Below are positions 7,948 through 18,747 of a DNA stretch of 64,000 nt, one piece after another. Each line of letters opens with the position of its first letter. Positions within the stretch are counted from its first letter, which is position 1. Source of the DNA: Acidobacteriota bacterium (GTDB lineage Bacteria > Acidobacteriota > Thermoanaerobaculia > Gp7-AA8); contig JAXDJV010000024.1 in assembly GCA_034667465.1 (NCBI GenBank), forward strand, positions 16,361 to 80,360, written 5' to 3'. Below the pieces are notes generated by a model. That model was not told where the DNA came from. It saw only the letters and a list, made by a program, of their open reading frames with translations, and made no database searches. Position numbers and translations under genes: made by a program.

Positions 7948-10392
7948 TCAAATCGGAGGACCGGGCGGCAACTCCTGCAGGTGTAGAGGTTTTCTCGTTT
8001 CCGCCGGCCGCGCGAGGAAGCGCTCGATCTCATCACGCGTGGCGCGGCGGTGGGCGCGCTCGGCGAAATCGTCGACCGGATCGGCGAAGCGACGGCTGAG
8101 GTTGATGAGCGTTTCGTTCGCTTCCGCGCGTACCTGCGAGTCGGCGTCCGGGTTGTCGGCGAGCTCTTCGAGTCGTGTGACGATGACGGCGCGGGTGGCG
8201 CGGACGATCGTACCTTCGCGCAGGGCCGCGCCGGTAAGCGCGTCGAGCACTTCGCGGAAGTCGGGGTTCGCAGCATCCTCGGCGTGGAAGGCGATCATTC
8301 GCGCGGCGCGATGCGGTTCGACCAGCGCGCTGACGGCAAGATCGCTGGCGACAGTCGCCGCGGAGAGCGGATCGAACACCGGCGCCGTCTTTCGATCAAA
8401 CAGCTCGGCGATGCCGGTTTCGTTCGTCGACGAGCGCGGCGGGATCAGATCGATGATGCGCTGCGGGATGGCGAGGAACTTCGGATCGAGCGTCGACATC
8501 ACCGTCGCGAGCGCGTCGCGCTGAACTTCCGGCGCGACGACTCGCCGCACTTCGTTCGGAACGATGCTCCCCTTCTCCTTCACCGCGTACGTGTAGAAAA
8601 GTCCGCCGACCGACTTCACGGCCGCTTCCAGCTGATAGCGGTGATGCAGGTAAAGCGGCAGCAACTTCTCTTCGAGCGATGACAGCTGTTCGCCGACCGC
8701 GAGATTGCGCAGTCCGAACTGTTCCATTGCGATGCGGCGCACTTCGATCTCGTGACGCAGCATCGCCACCGGATCGCCCGGCACATCCCACACCGACGCC
8801 AGCGGATGCGCGGCGCTGACCGGCCGCGCGTCAGAATCCTTCACGAACAGCATCGGCGGATCGGCGCGCTCCGCGTCATCGACGAGCTTCGTCAGCGCGG
8901 CCTCTTCATCGACGCCCGGCGCGAACTGCGAATACGCGTAGCGGATCGCGAAGAGGTCATACACGCCGAGCGATTTCGTGTACGCATCGGAGAGATCGAG
9001 ATGACCGTTCGTGATCTTCACGTACGGCGACGGATAGTCCATCACCGACGCGCGCCCGTAACTCGACGCGGCCATGTTGTGATCGAGACCGAGCGTGTGT
9101 CCGACTTCATGCGCTGCGAGCTGGCGAATTCGCGCGAGCGCCATCACCGACGGCGATGTCGTCGGATCGAGTTGCGCGAGCACTTCATCATCGGTGTCGG
9201 AGTACTGCGGAATGAGGCCGCGGGCGATGAGCACATCCTGGCGAATGCGCAGCGAGCCGAGGCGGACGTTGCCTTTGATGATCTCACCGGTGCGCGGATC
9301 GATCACCGCTTCGCCATACGACCAGCCGCGCGACGAGCGATGAACCCAGTTGATCATGTTGTAGCGGATGTCCATCGGATCGGCGCCGGCCGGGAGGACT
9401 TCCACTCGATACGCGTTGCGAAATCCGGCCGCTTCGAACGCCGCGCTCCACCACGACGCTCCTTCGACGAGCGCGCTGCGAATCGGCTCCGGCACACCGT
9501 TGTCGACGTAATAGACGATTGGTTTCACCGGCTCCGACACTGCGGCGGCCGGATCGCGTTTCTCGAGACGATGGCGCGCGACCCAGCGCTTTTCGATCGG
9601 ACCGGTGAACGGCGATGCGTAGTCGTAGAACTCGACGCCGGAGACGCCGACGCGCGGATCGAGACGCCGCGGTTTGTAGCCAGGCTCCGGCAGCGCGACG
9701 AACGAGTGATGCTCGCGAACGGTGACGAGCTCGCCGACCGGCGTCACGCTGCTGACGAGCGAGCCCGGTCGATCCTGCGTCACGAAGGTCAGCGTCGCTT
9801 CGACTTCCGTGTTGCGCGGAAACGACTTCGTGCGCGGCAGAAAGATCGCGCTGCGATCGCGGTCGAGCGCGTACATCCCCTGCTTCAGATCGCGCATCCG
9901 TCGAATGACGCCATGCTGATCGCTGAGAAAGAAATCGGTGGCGTCAACGAGAACGCCGGTCGCGCCGATCCCTTCCGCTTTGAACGACCAGAGCACCGAA
10001 CGCGCGAACGAGTCTTCGACGTCGCGTCGCTCCGCCGCGTCATCGCTCAGCGCGCGATAGCGCGTGTTCTGTTCGACGAGCAGCACCTTCGGTCCGACGC
10101 GCTCGAAGCGGACGAGATGCGTCGCGCCGAGCTCGCCGCGATCGAGGCCGATCGGATTCGAGCCGACGCCGGCCGGCAGCGACACCTGATAGATGAAGTC
10201 TTCACCGGTGCGCGCGACGAGCATCAGCAGCCTGCCGTTCGTCTCGTCCAGGAAAAGGGGATAGAGTCCGTCGAGCCGCTGCAGCTTTTCGGTGCGCGCC
10301 GCGACGTCATCGCGAACGATCGGGACGGGCGGAGGGGCGGGGACGGTGGCGCACGCGGCGGCGAGGACGGCGATCGCGGCAAGGTGTTTCAT
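7948..10392 (-). CDS. Secreted zinc metalloprotease (metzincin-like; DUF4953/DUF5117-type)
   Basis: N-terminal signal or lipoprotein-like peptide (MKHLAAIAVLAAACATVP). HEVGHTLGLDHN (HExxHxxGxxH) plus a Met-turn (SVMDY). Confidence 0.8.
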   Translation of the reverse strand: MKHLAAIAVLAAACATVPAPPPVPIVRDDVAARTEKLQRLDGLYPLFLDETNGRLLMLVARTGEDFIYQVSLPAGVGSNPIGLDRGELGATHLVRFERVGPKVLLVEQNTRYRALSDDAAERRDVEDSFARSVLWSFKAEGIGATGVLVDATDFFLSDQHGVIRRMRDLKQGMYALDRDRSAIFLPRTKSFPRNTEVEATLTFVTQDRPGSLVSSVTPVGELVTVREHHSFVALPEPGYKPRRLDPRVGVSGVEFYDYASPFTGPIEKRWVARHRLEKRDPAAAVSEPVKPIVYYVDNGVPEPIRSALVEGASWWSAAFEAAGFRNAYRVEVLPAGADPMDIRYNMINWVHRSSRGWSYGEAVIDPRTGEIIKGNVRLGSLRIRQDVLIARGLIPQYSDTDDEVLAQLDPTTSPSVMALARIRQLAAHEVGHTLGLDHNMAASSYGRASVMDYPSPYVKITNGHLDLSDAYTKSLGVYDLFAIRYAYSQFAPGVDEEAALTKLVDDAERADPPMLFVKDSDARPVSAAHPLASVWDVPGDPVAMLRHEIEVRRIAMEQFGLRNLAVGEQLSSLEEKLLPLYLHHRYQLEAAVKSVGGLFYTYAVKEKGSIVPNEVRRVVAPEVQRDALATVMSTLDPKFLAIPQRIIDLIPPRSSTNETGIAELFDRKTAPVFDPLSAATVASDLAVSALVEPHRAARMIAFHAEDAANPDFREVLDALTGAALREGTIVRATRAVIVTRLEELADNPDADSQVRAEANETLINLSRRFADPVDDFAERAHRRATRDEIERFLARPAETRKPLHLQELPPGPPI

Positions 10393-10413
10393 GCGCGCGA
10401 TTGTACGTGTCGC

Positions 10414-12207
10414 TCAGACCGGACCGAATGAAACGAATCGCATCAAAAGTCCGAGGTCGCGGTTGTCGTCGCTGATTCCGGCGAGCTTTTGATTGAGAGT
10501 GCGGTCGATCGAAAGTTCGAGGACGTTCGGCGCATGCGCGGGCGCCGGCGAGACTTCGTAGTCGCGCGCGTTCGCCTCGGCGGCCGCAAAGCGATCGATC
10601 AACTTTCCGTTGAACGTGACCGTCACCTGCGGATGATGCGACGCAGTTTCGCCCGGCACGCGGAAGTCGAGCCGCAACGTCGATGCACCATCGGCCGGCG
10701 GAAGGATCGTCACCGAATGGCCGGCCATCCATCGCGCTTCGTCTTCCGCGCTCCGCTCCGGTCCGTACCAGCCGGCGCCGAAACGCGGCAACGCGCGAAG
10801 CGGACGCAGCTCGACTTCGAAGTAGTGACGGCGCGCGATGTTCCAGAGCCGCTCGCGCTCACGTTTAAAGAACCAGCCCTGCGGCGGCACCGCCGTCACT
10901 TCGGTGAGCAGGAACGGCCGGCGCGGTGTCGTCGTCAACGGCATCGCGCGCTGCTCCTGGACGCGAATGAACGGAATGTTCGGCGCGAAGTACTCGACGA
11001 ACGGCGTCATCGAGAACGAGACGAAGAGCTGATCGCGGCGCGGATCGATGTGCTGCTTCACCGCCTGGACTGCGAGCACTGACGGCGAGATGTCGTTGCG
11101 CACCGGCGCGAGGCCGGGATACGTCCAGACGAAAAACGCGCCGGCCAGCAACACGCCGAGAGTCGCTTCGATCCGCTCACGTCCGCGCGACACGCGCGCG
11201 ATTCCGTCGGCGGCGAGGATCGCGAACATCGGCGCGTAGCCGATCGAGAATCGGTTGATGCTGAAGCGATCGAGCATCAGCCACGCCGAGATCGCGAACG
11301 GCGTGAAGGTCAATATGTTGAGCAGTATCGAACGGTCGCGGCGTCGCACCGCGCCCACCAGCGACGCGAGGACGAAGAGCGACGTCACGACGCTGAGCGG
11401 CGGCGACTGGTATTGCTTGATGAAGAAACGATCGGCGAGGCGCCACAGAGGCGGCCGCTCCGGCGCTCGAAACGAATCGACGCGCGAAATGTACTCACCG
11501 TGCGCGCGCACGGTGACCATGTAGCGCTCGAAGGAACCGGTCGCGTGGATCGCCGAGCCAAATGCCAGCACGACCGTCGCCACGCCGATCAGCGCGGCGA
11601 AGACGACGTCGCGAAACGAATCGCGCGCGCGATACCAGGTCGCGATCAGACCGGGCGCGAGTCCGACCAGAAAGTTCTGCGGACGAATACCGATCGCCAG
11701 CGCGAGCAGCAGCGTGCCGACGAGATACGAGTTCGCGTCGCGGCAGCCGCGCAACAACATCGCAGCGGCCACGAGCACGAGCACGATCGACGGGATGTCG
11801 CTGAACGCTGTTCCGCCGAAGAACCAGACGTTTGGAAAGAACGCGAAGAGCAGCGCGGCGACGATGCAGGTCGTGAATCGCAGCCGCAGCTCGCGCGTGA
11901 AGAAGAAGACCGCGGGAAAAACGAACATCGCGGCGATGACGTTGATGCTCTGCAGCGCGCGGAAGTCGGTCGGCGCGAAGAAGCGCGCGATGTGCGCGAG
12001 GCCGAGGTAAATCGGGAAGCCTGGCGGATGCGGATGGTGATTGGTGACGTCGTACAGCCGCATGCCGAGGCAGAAGAGGACTTCGTCCCAGTCCCACAGC
12101 GAACGGGCCACGGCGAGAAAACGCGTCGCGGCGCAGACGACCGCGACGGCGGCGACGAGCGCGCGCTGCCGGTTCGTGAGCGGTTGAAGAGGGCGAGTCA
12201 GGTCCAT
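10414..12207 (-). CDS. GT-C fold membrane glycosyltransferase (ArnT/PMT_2-like)
   Basis: Multi-pass membrane N-terminal domain with an HHPHPPGFPIYLGL motif typical of the PMT_2/ArnT family, and a soluble C-terminal domain. Confidence 0.55.
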   Translation of the reverse strand: MDLTRPLQPLTNRQRALVAAVAVVCAATRFLAVARSLWDWDEVLFCLGMRLYDVTNHHPHPPGFPIYLGLAHIARFFAPTDFRALQSINVIAAMFVFPAVFFFTRELRLRFTTCIVAALLFAFFPNVWFFGGTAFSDIPSIVLVLVAAAMLLRGCRDANSYLVGTLLLALAIGIRPQNFLVGLAPGLIATWYRARDSFRDVVFAALIGVATVVLAFGSAIHATGSFERYMVTVRAHGEYISRVDSFRAPERPPLWRLADRFFIKQYQSPPLSVVTSLFVLASLVGAVRRRDRSILLNILTFTPFAISAWLMLDRFSINRFSIGYAPMFAILAADGIARVSRGRERIEATLGVLLAGAFFVWTYPGLAPVRNDISPSVLAVQAVKQHIDPRRDQLFVSFSMTPFVEYFAPNIPFIRVQEQRAMPLTTTPRRPFLLTEVTAVPPQGWFFKRERERLWNIARRHYFEVELRPLRALPRFGAGWYGPERSAEDEARWMAGHSVTILPPADGASTLRLDFRVPGETASHHPQVTVTFNGKLIDRFAAAEANARDYEVSPAPAHAPNVLELSIDRTLNQKLAGISDDNRDLGLLMRFVSFGPV

Positions 12208-12242
12208 CGCGGAAGCGTCGCGAAGGATCTCACAAGAATGCT

Positions 12243-12330
12243 GTCATCCCGAGCGTAGCGAGGGATCCGGGTGGGAGGAGCGGCAGCATGCGCCGCCCGC
12301 GCAGATCCCTCGCGACGCTCGGGATGACAC
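12243..12330. repeat. Palindromic intergenic element, family A copy 1 (gtcatcccgagcgtagcgagggatccgggtggg...gatccctcgcgacgctcgggatgac)
   Basis: The inverted arms can be read directly. It lies between the glycosyltransferase start and the fadJ-like stop. It generates spurious ORFs 12198..12566 and 12288..12494. Confidence 0.75.
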
Positions 12331-12423
12331 CAAGATGTCATCGCGATCCGTCGGCCGGCAGAATCGGAAACGGCGCGAAGGCTCTGCCCGTTACGCAGCC
12401 GGCCGTGCCGGCTCGGGATGACA

Positions 12424-14556
12424 TTAGCGCGGATACGCGTCGTAGAACTTCCGGTCACCCGCCGCGAGACGCCGCAGCGGTTCGGTGGCGTTGAACCGCT
12501 TTCCGTATTTCGATGCGAGCTCGTCGAGCCGCGCCACGATGTACGGCGTTCCCAGCGCGTCCGCATGTCGCATCAGTCCGCCGCGGAACGGCGGAAAACC
12601 GGTGCCCATGATCATCGCGAGATCGAGCTCGGCGGCCGAAGCGACGATCTTCTCGTCGAGGATCAGCGCCGCCTCGTTGATCATCGCGAGCACCATCCGC
12701 TCGACGACGAGCTTCGCATCGGCGGCGTGCGGCGATGCGATGCCGAGGACTTTGTAGACCGACGAATCGGGTCCCTGACGTTTCCCATCCTTGTAGAGAT
12801 AGAGGCCTTTGCCGTTTTTCTTGCCGGCGCGGCCGTCGGCGAAAAGTTTGTCGACGATCGACGACGGCTGGACGCGCTCGCCGAATGCATCGCCGAGGAT
12901 GTGCGCGACTTTCGCGGCAACGTCGATGCCGACTTCGTCGAGCAGCGCCATCGGTCCCATCGGCATCCCGAAGTCGATCATCGCTTTGTCGAGCGACTCG
13001 ATCGTGTTCCCCTCTTCGAGCAGGAAGCCGGCTTCGTTCATGTACGGACCGAGGATGCGATTGACGACGAAGCCCGGTCCGTCGTTGCAGATGACGACGG
13101 TTTTCCCGAGCTTGCGTGCGAAGTTCGCGACGGTCGACATCGCGGCCTCGGATGTCTTCTGGCCGCGGATCACTTCAACGAGCGGCATCCGATCGACCGG
13201 ATTAAAAAAGTGCATCCCGACCACATTCTCGGGATGCTTCGCCTCGGCGGCGATCTGCGTGATCGGAATCGTTGAAGTGTTCGTCGCGAAGATCGCGCCC
13301 GGCTGCTGGACGGCTTCGAATTCGGCGAGCACCTGACGTTTGATGTTGACGTTTTCGACGACCGCTTCGACGACGACTTCGCAGCGCTGAAATCCGCTCC
13401 AGTCGGTCGTCGACGTGATGCGCGCCAGTTTGCGCAGCATCTCGCCGCGCTTCATCGAGCGGCGATCGACCTTGCGCTTCCACACTTTCGACGCCGCTTT
13501 CAATCCGCCGGCGATCGCTTTCCAGTTGATGTCGCGCATGCGGACTGCGGCGTCGGTCTTATCGGCGATGATCTGCGCGATGCCGCCGCCCATCACGCCC
13601 GCGCCGAGAACGCCCGCGTTCGTCACTTCGCGCGGCTTCGCAGTGAAGTGATCCTTCTTCGCGTCTTCCATCATGAAGAAGAGGCGCACGAGGTTCTGCG
13701 CGACGTCGCTGGTGACGAGCGACGCGGCTTCTTCGACTTCACGCGCGAGACCGGCTTCGATTCCTTTCGAGTAGCCGTACTCCATCACGTCGATCGCTTT
13801 GAGCGGCGCCGGATACCGTCCGTGCGTCAGCTCCATCACGCTCTTGCGCGCTTTGCGGAAGATCACGCCGCGCATGAGCGGGTTCCCTTCCATGTAGATC
13901 TTCGTCTGCGCGCTTTTGCCGCGCCGCTTCGGTTTCTGCGTGAACGCTTTCGCGACGTCGAGGAGGATCGGCGCGGGAACGACTTCGTCGACGAGTCCCA
14001 TCCGCTTCGCCCGTTTTCCGTCGACGACTTTCCCCTGCAGGATCATGTCGAGCGCCGCCGGGAGGCCGACGAGACGCGGGAGTTTGGTCGTGCCGCCCCA
14101 CGCGGGGAAGATTCCGAGCTTCGTTTCCGGCAGACCGATTTGCGCTTTGCGGTCATCGCTGATCACGCGGTAATCGCATGAAAGCGCGAGCTCGCAGCCG
14201 CCGCCGACACATGCGCCGTTGATCGCCGCAACGGTGACCATCGGCAGCTTCGAGAAGCGATGCAACGTCTGTTGACCGAAGCGCGTGTACTCCTTCGCCT
14301 GTTCGGGCGAGGTGACCTTCGTGAACTCGGTGATGTCGGCGCCGGCGATGAAGACGCCGGGCTTGCGCGACGCGATCACGACGCGCTTGATGTCGGTCGA
14401 TGCGGCGAGCTGGTCGACAACACCGGAAAACTCCTGCATGACCCAGGTGGAGAATTTGTTGACTTTCTCGCCCGGGTAATCGAACCAGACGACGGCGAGA
14501 TCGCCATCGCGCTCGATCGTGAATGCGTTTTGCGGCAGTGCTTCAGCGACGGCCAT
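12424..14556 (-). CDS. Fatty acid oxidation complex alpha subunit (enoyl-CoA hydratase / 3-hydroxyacyl-CoA dehydrogenase; FadJ/FadB-like)
   Basis: 710 aa. N-terminal crotonase fold, then a 3-hydroxyacyl-CoA dehydrogenase NAD-binding region (GVLGAGVMGGGIA) and C-terminal domains. Confidence 0.9.
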   Translation of the reverse strand: MAVAEALPQNAFTIERDGDLAVVWFDYPGEKVNKFSTWVMQEFSGVVDQLAASTDIKRVVIASRKPGVFIAGADITEFTKVTSPEQAKEYTRFGQQTLHRFSKLPMVTVAAINGACVGGGCELALSCDYRVISDDRKAQIGLPETKLGIFPAWGGTTKLPRLVGLPAALDMILQGKVVDGKRAKRMGLVDEVVPAPILLDVAKAFTQKPKRRGKSAQTKIYMEGNPLMRGVIFRKARKSVMELTHGRYPAPLKAIDVMEYGYSKGIEAGLAREVEEAASLVTSDVAQNLVRLFFMMEDAKKDHFTAKPREVTNAGVLGAGVMGGGIAQIIADKTDAAVRMRDINWKAIAGGLKAASKVWKRKVDRRSMKRGEMLRKLARITSTTDWSGFQRCEVVVEAVVENVNIKRQVLAEFEAVQQPGAIFATNTSTIPITQIAAEAKHPENVVGMHFFNPVDRMPLVEVIRGQKTSEAAMSTVANFARKLGKTVVICNDGPGFVVNRILGPYMNEAGFLLEEGNTIESLDKAMIDFGMPMGPMALLDEVGIDVAAKVAHILGDAFGERVQPSSIVDKLFADGRAGKKNGKGLYLYKDGKRQGPDSSVYKVLGIASPHAADAKLVVERMVLAMINEAALILDEKIVASAAELDLAMIMGTGFPPFRGGLMRHADALGTPYIVARLDELASKYGKRFNATEPLRRLAAGDRKFYDAYPR

Positions 14557-14590
14557 CGGTCGTTTCCTTATCCGCGTTCCGCGCCCGCGA

Positions 14591-16420
14591 TCAGGCGCGC
14601 TTCGCTTCTCTCACGTCGTCGGCATCTTCACCGACGTAAAGCGAGTCGATCAGATCCTTGTACTTCTTGTCGATGTTCTTCCGCTTCACTTTCAGCGAAG
14701 GCGTGATCTCGTCTTCGTCGATCGTGAAGTCGCGCGCCAGCAGCGCGAAACGGCGGATCTTTTCCTGGCGATCGAGGTTCGTGTTGAAGCGATCGATCTC
14801 GCCCTGGAAGATGCCGCGAACGGTGTCGTGTGCAACGAGCTCTTCGCGGTTCGTGAACGGCACGCCCATCGTCGTGGCGTCGCGCTCGAGCTTCTCGAAG
14901 TTCGGGACGATGAGCGCCGCCAGGTACTTGCGCTGATCGCCGATCAGCACCGGCGTACCGATGTACGGAGAGCTCTTGAGCAGCGCTTCGAGCGGCTGCG
15001 GCGCGATGTTCTTTCCGTACGCGTTGATGATGATGTCTTTCTTGCGATCGGTGATTTTCAGGAAGCCGTCTTCATCGATGAGACCGATGTCGCCGGTATG
15101 GAACCAGCCGTCGGCATCGATCGCCTGCGCGGTCGCTTCCGGGTTGTTCCAGTAGCCTTTCATCACGTGCGGTCCGCGCGTGCAGATCTCGCCGTCGGCT
15201 TCGATCCTCACTTCGACGCCGGGAATGAGCGGACCGACGGTGCCGAGGCGGCGTTTGTCGGGACGATTGAGCGCGATGACCGGCGACGTTTCAGTGAGTC
15301 CGTAGCCTTCAAGAATCTCCAGGCCGGCGCCGACGAAAAACGCCGCGAGCTCCGCGGAGAGCGGCGCGCCGCCGGAGAGGATGAACTTCACGCGGCCGCC
15401 GAGGCGACCGAGGATCTTGCGGAACACGAGTTTGTCGGCGACTGCTGACTTCAGCGCGAGACCGAACGGCATCGGCTTTCTGGTGACGCGATAGTCGAGC
15501 CGCTCCTGCGCGATGCCGAGCGCCCATTTGAAAATTTTCTGCTTGCCGGCCGAGCCTGATGCGACGGTGTCGAGAATCTTCGCGCGCATCTTCTCGAAGA
15601 GGCGCGGCACGGCGGCGAAGATGTCGGGACGAATCTCCTGCAGGTTGTCGCTGACTTTCAGCACGCTTTCGGCGTACGCGATGATGGCCCCTTTGTAGAA
15701 ATACGAGTAGTCGGCCGTGCGCTCGAGGATGTGTGAGAGCGGCAGAATCGAGAGCGCCATCGCGCCGGTTTCGATCGGCATCACCGACGTCGATGCGATG
15801 ACGTTGCTGGTGATGTTGCCGTGCGTCAGCATCGCCCCTTTCGGATTGCCGGTCGTGCCCGACGTGTAGACGAGCGTCGCTACATCGTCAGGCGTGCGCG
15901 AGTTGCGCAGCTCATCGAAACGCGCCCGTCCTTCTTTCGATTCGCAGTCGCGGCCGAGCGCGACGACGTCCGCCCACGCCATGACGCCGGCGGGCAGCGT
16001 TGACGACGGCGGATCGCAGACGATGATGTTGTTGACGGACGGACAGTGGCTGCGAACTTCGAGCAGCTTGTTGAGCTGCTCGCGGTCGGATGCGACGACG
16101 GAGATCGCGCCGGCGTCGTTGATGATGTATTCGACCTGCCAGCCGAGCAGCGTCGGGTAGATCGGAACGGTAATGCCGGCGCCGGTGAGGATGCCGAAGT
16201 CGGCCATCGCCCACTCCGGCCGGTTCTCGGAAAGGATGGCGACGCGATCGCCCGGCTTCATTCCGAGATGGCGAAGACCGGTGGAGAACCAGCGGACGGT
16301 GTCGCGGAACTCGTCGCTGCTGACGCCGACCCAGCGATCTCCGCGTTTCGACTTGAGCGCTACCGGGCGGCTGATGTCGCACGTCACCGTGTAGATGTCG
16401 TTCAGCGTTCTGATTTCCAT
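14591..16420 (-). CDS. Long-chain fatty-acid--CoA ligase (AMP-dependent synthetase)
   Basis: AMP-binding signature YTSGTTGNPKGAMLTHGN. Adjacent to and co-oriented with the fad alpha subunit. Confidence 0.9.
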   Translation of the reverse strand: MEIRTLNDIYTVTCDISRPVALKSKRGDRWVGVSSDEFRDTVRWFSTGLRHLGMKPGDRVAILSENRPEWAMADFGILTGAGITVPIYPTLLGWQVEYIINDAGAISVVASDREQLNKLLEVRSHCPSVNNIIVCDPPSSTLPAGVMAWADVVALGRDCESKEGRARFDELRNSRTPDDVATLVYTSGTTGNPKGAMLTHGNITSNVIASTSVMPIETGAMALSILPLSHILERTADYSYFYKGAIIAYAESVLKVSDNLQEIRPDIFAAVPRLFEKMRAKILDTVASGSAGKQKIFKWALGIAQERLDYRVTRKPMPFGLALKSAVADKLVFRKILGRLGGRVKFILSGGAPLSAELAAFFVGAGLEILEGYGLTETSPVIALNRPDKRRLGTVGPLIPGVEVRIEADGEICTRGPHVMKGYWNNPEATAQAIDADGWFHTGDIGLIDEDGFLKITDRKKDIIINAYGKNIAPQPLEALLKSSPYIGTPVLIGDQRKYLAALIVPNFEKLERDATTMGVPFTNREELVAHDTVRGIFQGEIDRFNTNLDRQEKIRRFALLARDFTIDEDEITPSLKVKRKNIDKKYKDLIDSLYVGEDADDVREAKRA

Positions 16421-16471
16421 CGTCCCTCGCCTGTTTTGTGGATGAGGCGGGATGATAGCGCGTCCTTCGCC

Positions 16472-17794
16472 TTAAGCCACCTTCAGCCACCGCCACAGCT
16501 CCGGCACCGTCGGCCGCTTGCCGTACGAAAGGATTCCGACGCGGAAGATCTTCGCCGTCGCCTTGAAGAAGAGCGCGATCGTCACGAGCGACACCGCGAT
16601 CGAGACGAGGATGTGCCAGACCGGCGGATCGGAGACGAGCGTTCGGACGAACATCGTGATCGGTCCGAACACCGGCATCATCGAGAAGATGACGGCCAGG
16701 TTCGAGTCGGGATTGGTGATGATCGCCAACATCATGAACCACGGCAGCATCATGATGATCGAGACCGGCGCGATCATCTGCTGCGCTTCTTTGTCGGTGT
16801 TGCAGACCGCGCCGGCGATCGCGTAGACGCAGACGTATGTGAAGTACGCGAGCAGGAAGAAGACGAAGAAGTAGACGAAGACCATCGGCCGGAGGAACTG
16901 CATCAGGTTGAAGCCGGCCAGCATCGCGGTCGCTGCGCCGAACGAGCCAAGGATCGTCGTCATCAGCAGCCACGCGCTGATCTGCGTCAGGCCGACGAGC
17001 GCGATGCCGGTGACTTTGCCGGTGAGGAGTTCGGTGGGCGACATCGAGGAAATGAGGATCTCGACGACGCGATCGGTCTTCTCCTGAATGATGCCGCGCA
17101 TGATCTCGACGCCGTGCACGAACGACGGCAGGATCAGCAGCGCCGCGAAGAGGAAGCCGATGATGAAGTTTCCTTCGCCGCCCTTCTTCTCTTCGCCGCT
17201 CTTCGAAACCTGCACTCCGTCGATCGGAACTTCGCGCGTCAGCGCGTCGACGGCATCCGCATCGATTCCGCGCTTCGAGAGGCGGCGGAGCTGGATCGAT
17301 TTGTTGGCGACGCGCGCGAGGCGTTCCTGGGTGAAGAAGTCGGTCGACGCGCGGCTGTAGAAGGTCATCTTCGCCTCCGGACCTTCGAAGGCGTCCGGCG
17401 GAATGACGAGCACGGCGTCGAGCTTCGTCGCTTTGTCGTCGCTGGAGATGCGATGCAGGTACGGCTGTGACGTCTCTTTCAGATTGGCGTGCCCGCGAGC
17501 GTCGATGTAGTCGACGTCGATCGTCTGCGGGAGTTCGGCGCCGCGACGGCGGGCCAGCGGTTTTTTCGGATCGGGCTTCGCCTGATCGTTGACGCGGGTG
17601 AAGGCGGAGCGCAACTCGCCGGTGCCGTCGATGACGGCGACCCGTTTGGTGCCGATGCCGCGCGCGACCATGAGTCCGGGAAGAAGAAAAAGTGCCGCCA
17701 TCAGGACCGGCACGAAGATCGTCATGAAGACGAACATCTTCTTCCGGACGGTGGTGAGGTATTCACGTTTGAGGACCGCGAACATCTTGTTCAT
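16472..17794 (-). CDS. ABC-2 type transporter permease (NatB-like)
   Basis: N-terminal TM helix, a large extracytoplasmic loop, then a C-terminal multi-TM bundle. Its start overlaps the upstream ATPase gene by 4 nt. Confidence 0.75.
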   Translation of the reverse strand: MNKMFAVLKREYLTTVRKKMFVFMTIFVPVLMAALFLLPGLMVARGIGTKRVAVIDGTGELRSAFTRVNDQAKPDPKKPLARRRGAELPQTIDVDYIDARGHANLKETSQPYLHRISSDDKATKLDAVLVIPPDAFEGPEAKMTFYSRASTDFFTQERLARVANKSIQLRRLSKRGIDADAVDALTREVPIDGVQVSKSGEEKKGGEGNFIIGFLFAALLILPSFVHGVEIMRGIIQEKTDRVVEILISSMSPTELLTGKVTGIALVGLTQISAWLLMTTILGSFGAATAMLAGFNLMQFLRPMVFVYFFVFFLLAYFTYVCVYAIAGAVCNTDKEAQQMIAPVSIIMMLPWFMMLAIITNPDSNLAVIFSMMPVFGPITMFVRTLVSDPPVWHILVSIAVSLVTIALFFKATAKIFRVGILSYGKRPTVPELWRWLKVA

Positions 17795-18696
17795 TGAAGG
17801 TTCTCCAGAGTCTCGGCGCCGACTTTGTCCATGAAGATCGCTTCGAGCGACGGGGCGGCGAGCTCGAACTTCCGAATGCGCAGCCGCCCGATGCTGGCCG
17901 CGAGCACCTTCTGCGGATCGGCGCCTTCTTTGAGGCCGATCTCCGCGCTGTTGATCTGGATGCTGGCGTCGCGAACGTCGGGCAGCTCGGCGAGGAACGA
18001 GCCGTCGCCTTCGAAGTCGAGGTGGAGCGTGTTACGTCCGAAGGAGTTGCGTACTTCTTCGAGCGTGCCGGACAGGACAACCTTGCCGCTGTGCACGAGG
18101 ATGATGTCGTCGGCCATCCTCTCCGCCTCGGCCATCATGTGGGTCGACAGCAGAATCGTCCGCCCCTCGGCGCGCAACTCCTGGAGCAGCTCGCGCACGA
18201 GCACCATGTTGACGGGATCGAGTCCCGACTGCGGCTCGTCGAGGATGATGAATTCGGGATCGTGGAGCAGCGCGCCGATCAGCTGAACCTTCTGCTGATT
18301 GCCTTTCGACAGCTCTTCGATCTTGCCCCCTTTTTTGTCGGAGAGCTCGAAGCGACGCAGCCACTGCTCGATCTTCGCGGTGGTGGTCTTCGCGTTCTTG
18401 ATCTCGGCGAGGAACGAGAGGTACTCGACGATTTTCATCGTGCGGTACAGCCCGCGCTCTTCGGGAAGATAGCCGACGCGATCGTTGGCGTTGACCGGAT
18501 TGTCGGCCCACTCGATCGAGCCCGAGTCCGGCAGAAAGATGCCGGTGATCATGCGGATGGTGGTGGTTTTCCCCGCGCCGTTGCGCCCGAGAAGGCCGGT
18601 GATGGTTCCGCGTCGGACCGTGAACGACACCCCGTCCACGGCCCGGACGGAACCAAACGTTTTGACGACGTCACGAACAGACAGAACGACAGACAT
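17791..18696 (-). CDS. ABC transporter ATP-binding protein (NatA-like)
   Basis: Walker A GLLGRNGAGKTT, ABC signature LSKGNQQKV, Walker B ILDEP. Confidence 0.9.
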   Translation of the reverse strand: MSVVLSVRDVVKTFGSVRAVDGVSFTVRRGTITGLLGRNGAGKTTTIRMITGIFLPDSGSIEWADNPVNANDRVGYLPEERGLYRTMKIVEYLSFLAEIKNAKTTTAKIEQWLRRFELSDKKGGKIEELSKGNQQKVQLIGALLHDPEFIILDEPQSGLDPVNMVLVRELLQELRAEGRTILLSTHMMAEAERMADDIILVHSGKVVLSGTLEEVRNSFGRNTLHLDFEGDGSFLAELPDVRDASIQINSAEIGLKEGADPQKVLAASIGRLRIRKFELAAPSLEAIFMDKVGAETLENLQ

Positions 18697-18747
18697 GCTG
18701 AAGCAACCCCCGGATGGAAAGTTGCCGCATTGTACGTTGGGGAGAGG

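Noticed and set aside
7065-8099. Plus-strand ORFs 7065..8099 and 7417..7986, and minus ORF 7592..7894, overlapping the 21-bp tandem repeats
   Set aside because: These are alternative-frame or opposite-strand translations of the repeat array (LFETAVH..., SKRASIF..., SKRWTAV...). Only the minus-strand frame gives a coherent start and a non-repetitive C-terminus, and it matches the orientation of the neighbouring operon.
12198-12566. ORFs 12198..12566 (-) and 12288..12494 (+), plus the 5' extensions of 31519..33300 and 22673..23680
   Set aside because: They are translations of palindromic repeat elements or upstream non-coding DNA. They show no GC3 bias and have implausible R/P-rich sequences. 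Internal Met starts with signal peptides were preferred.
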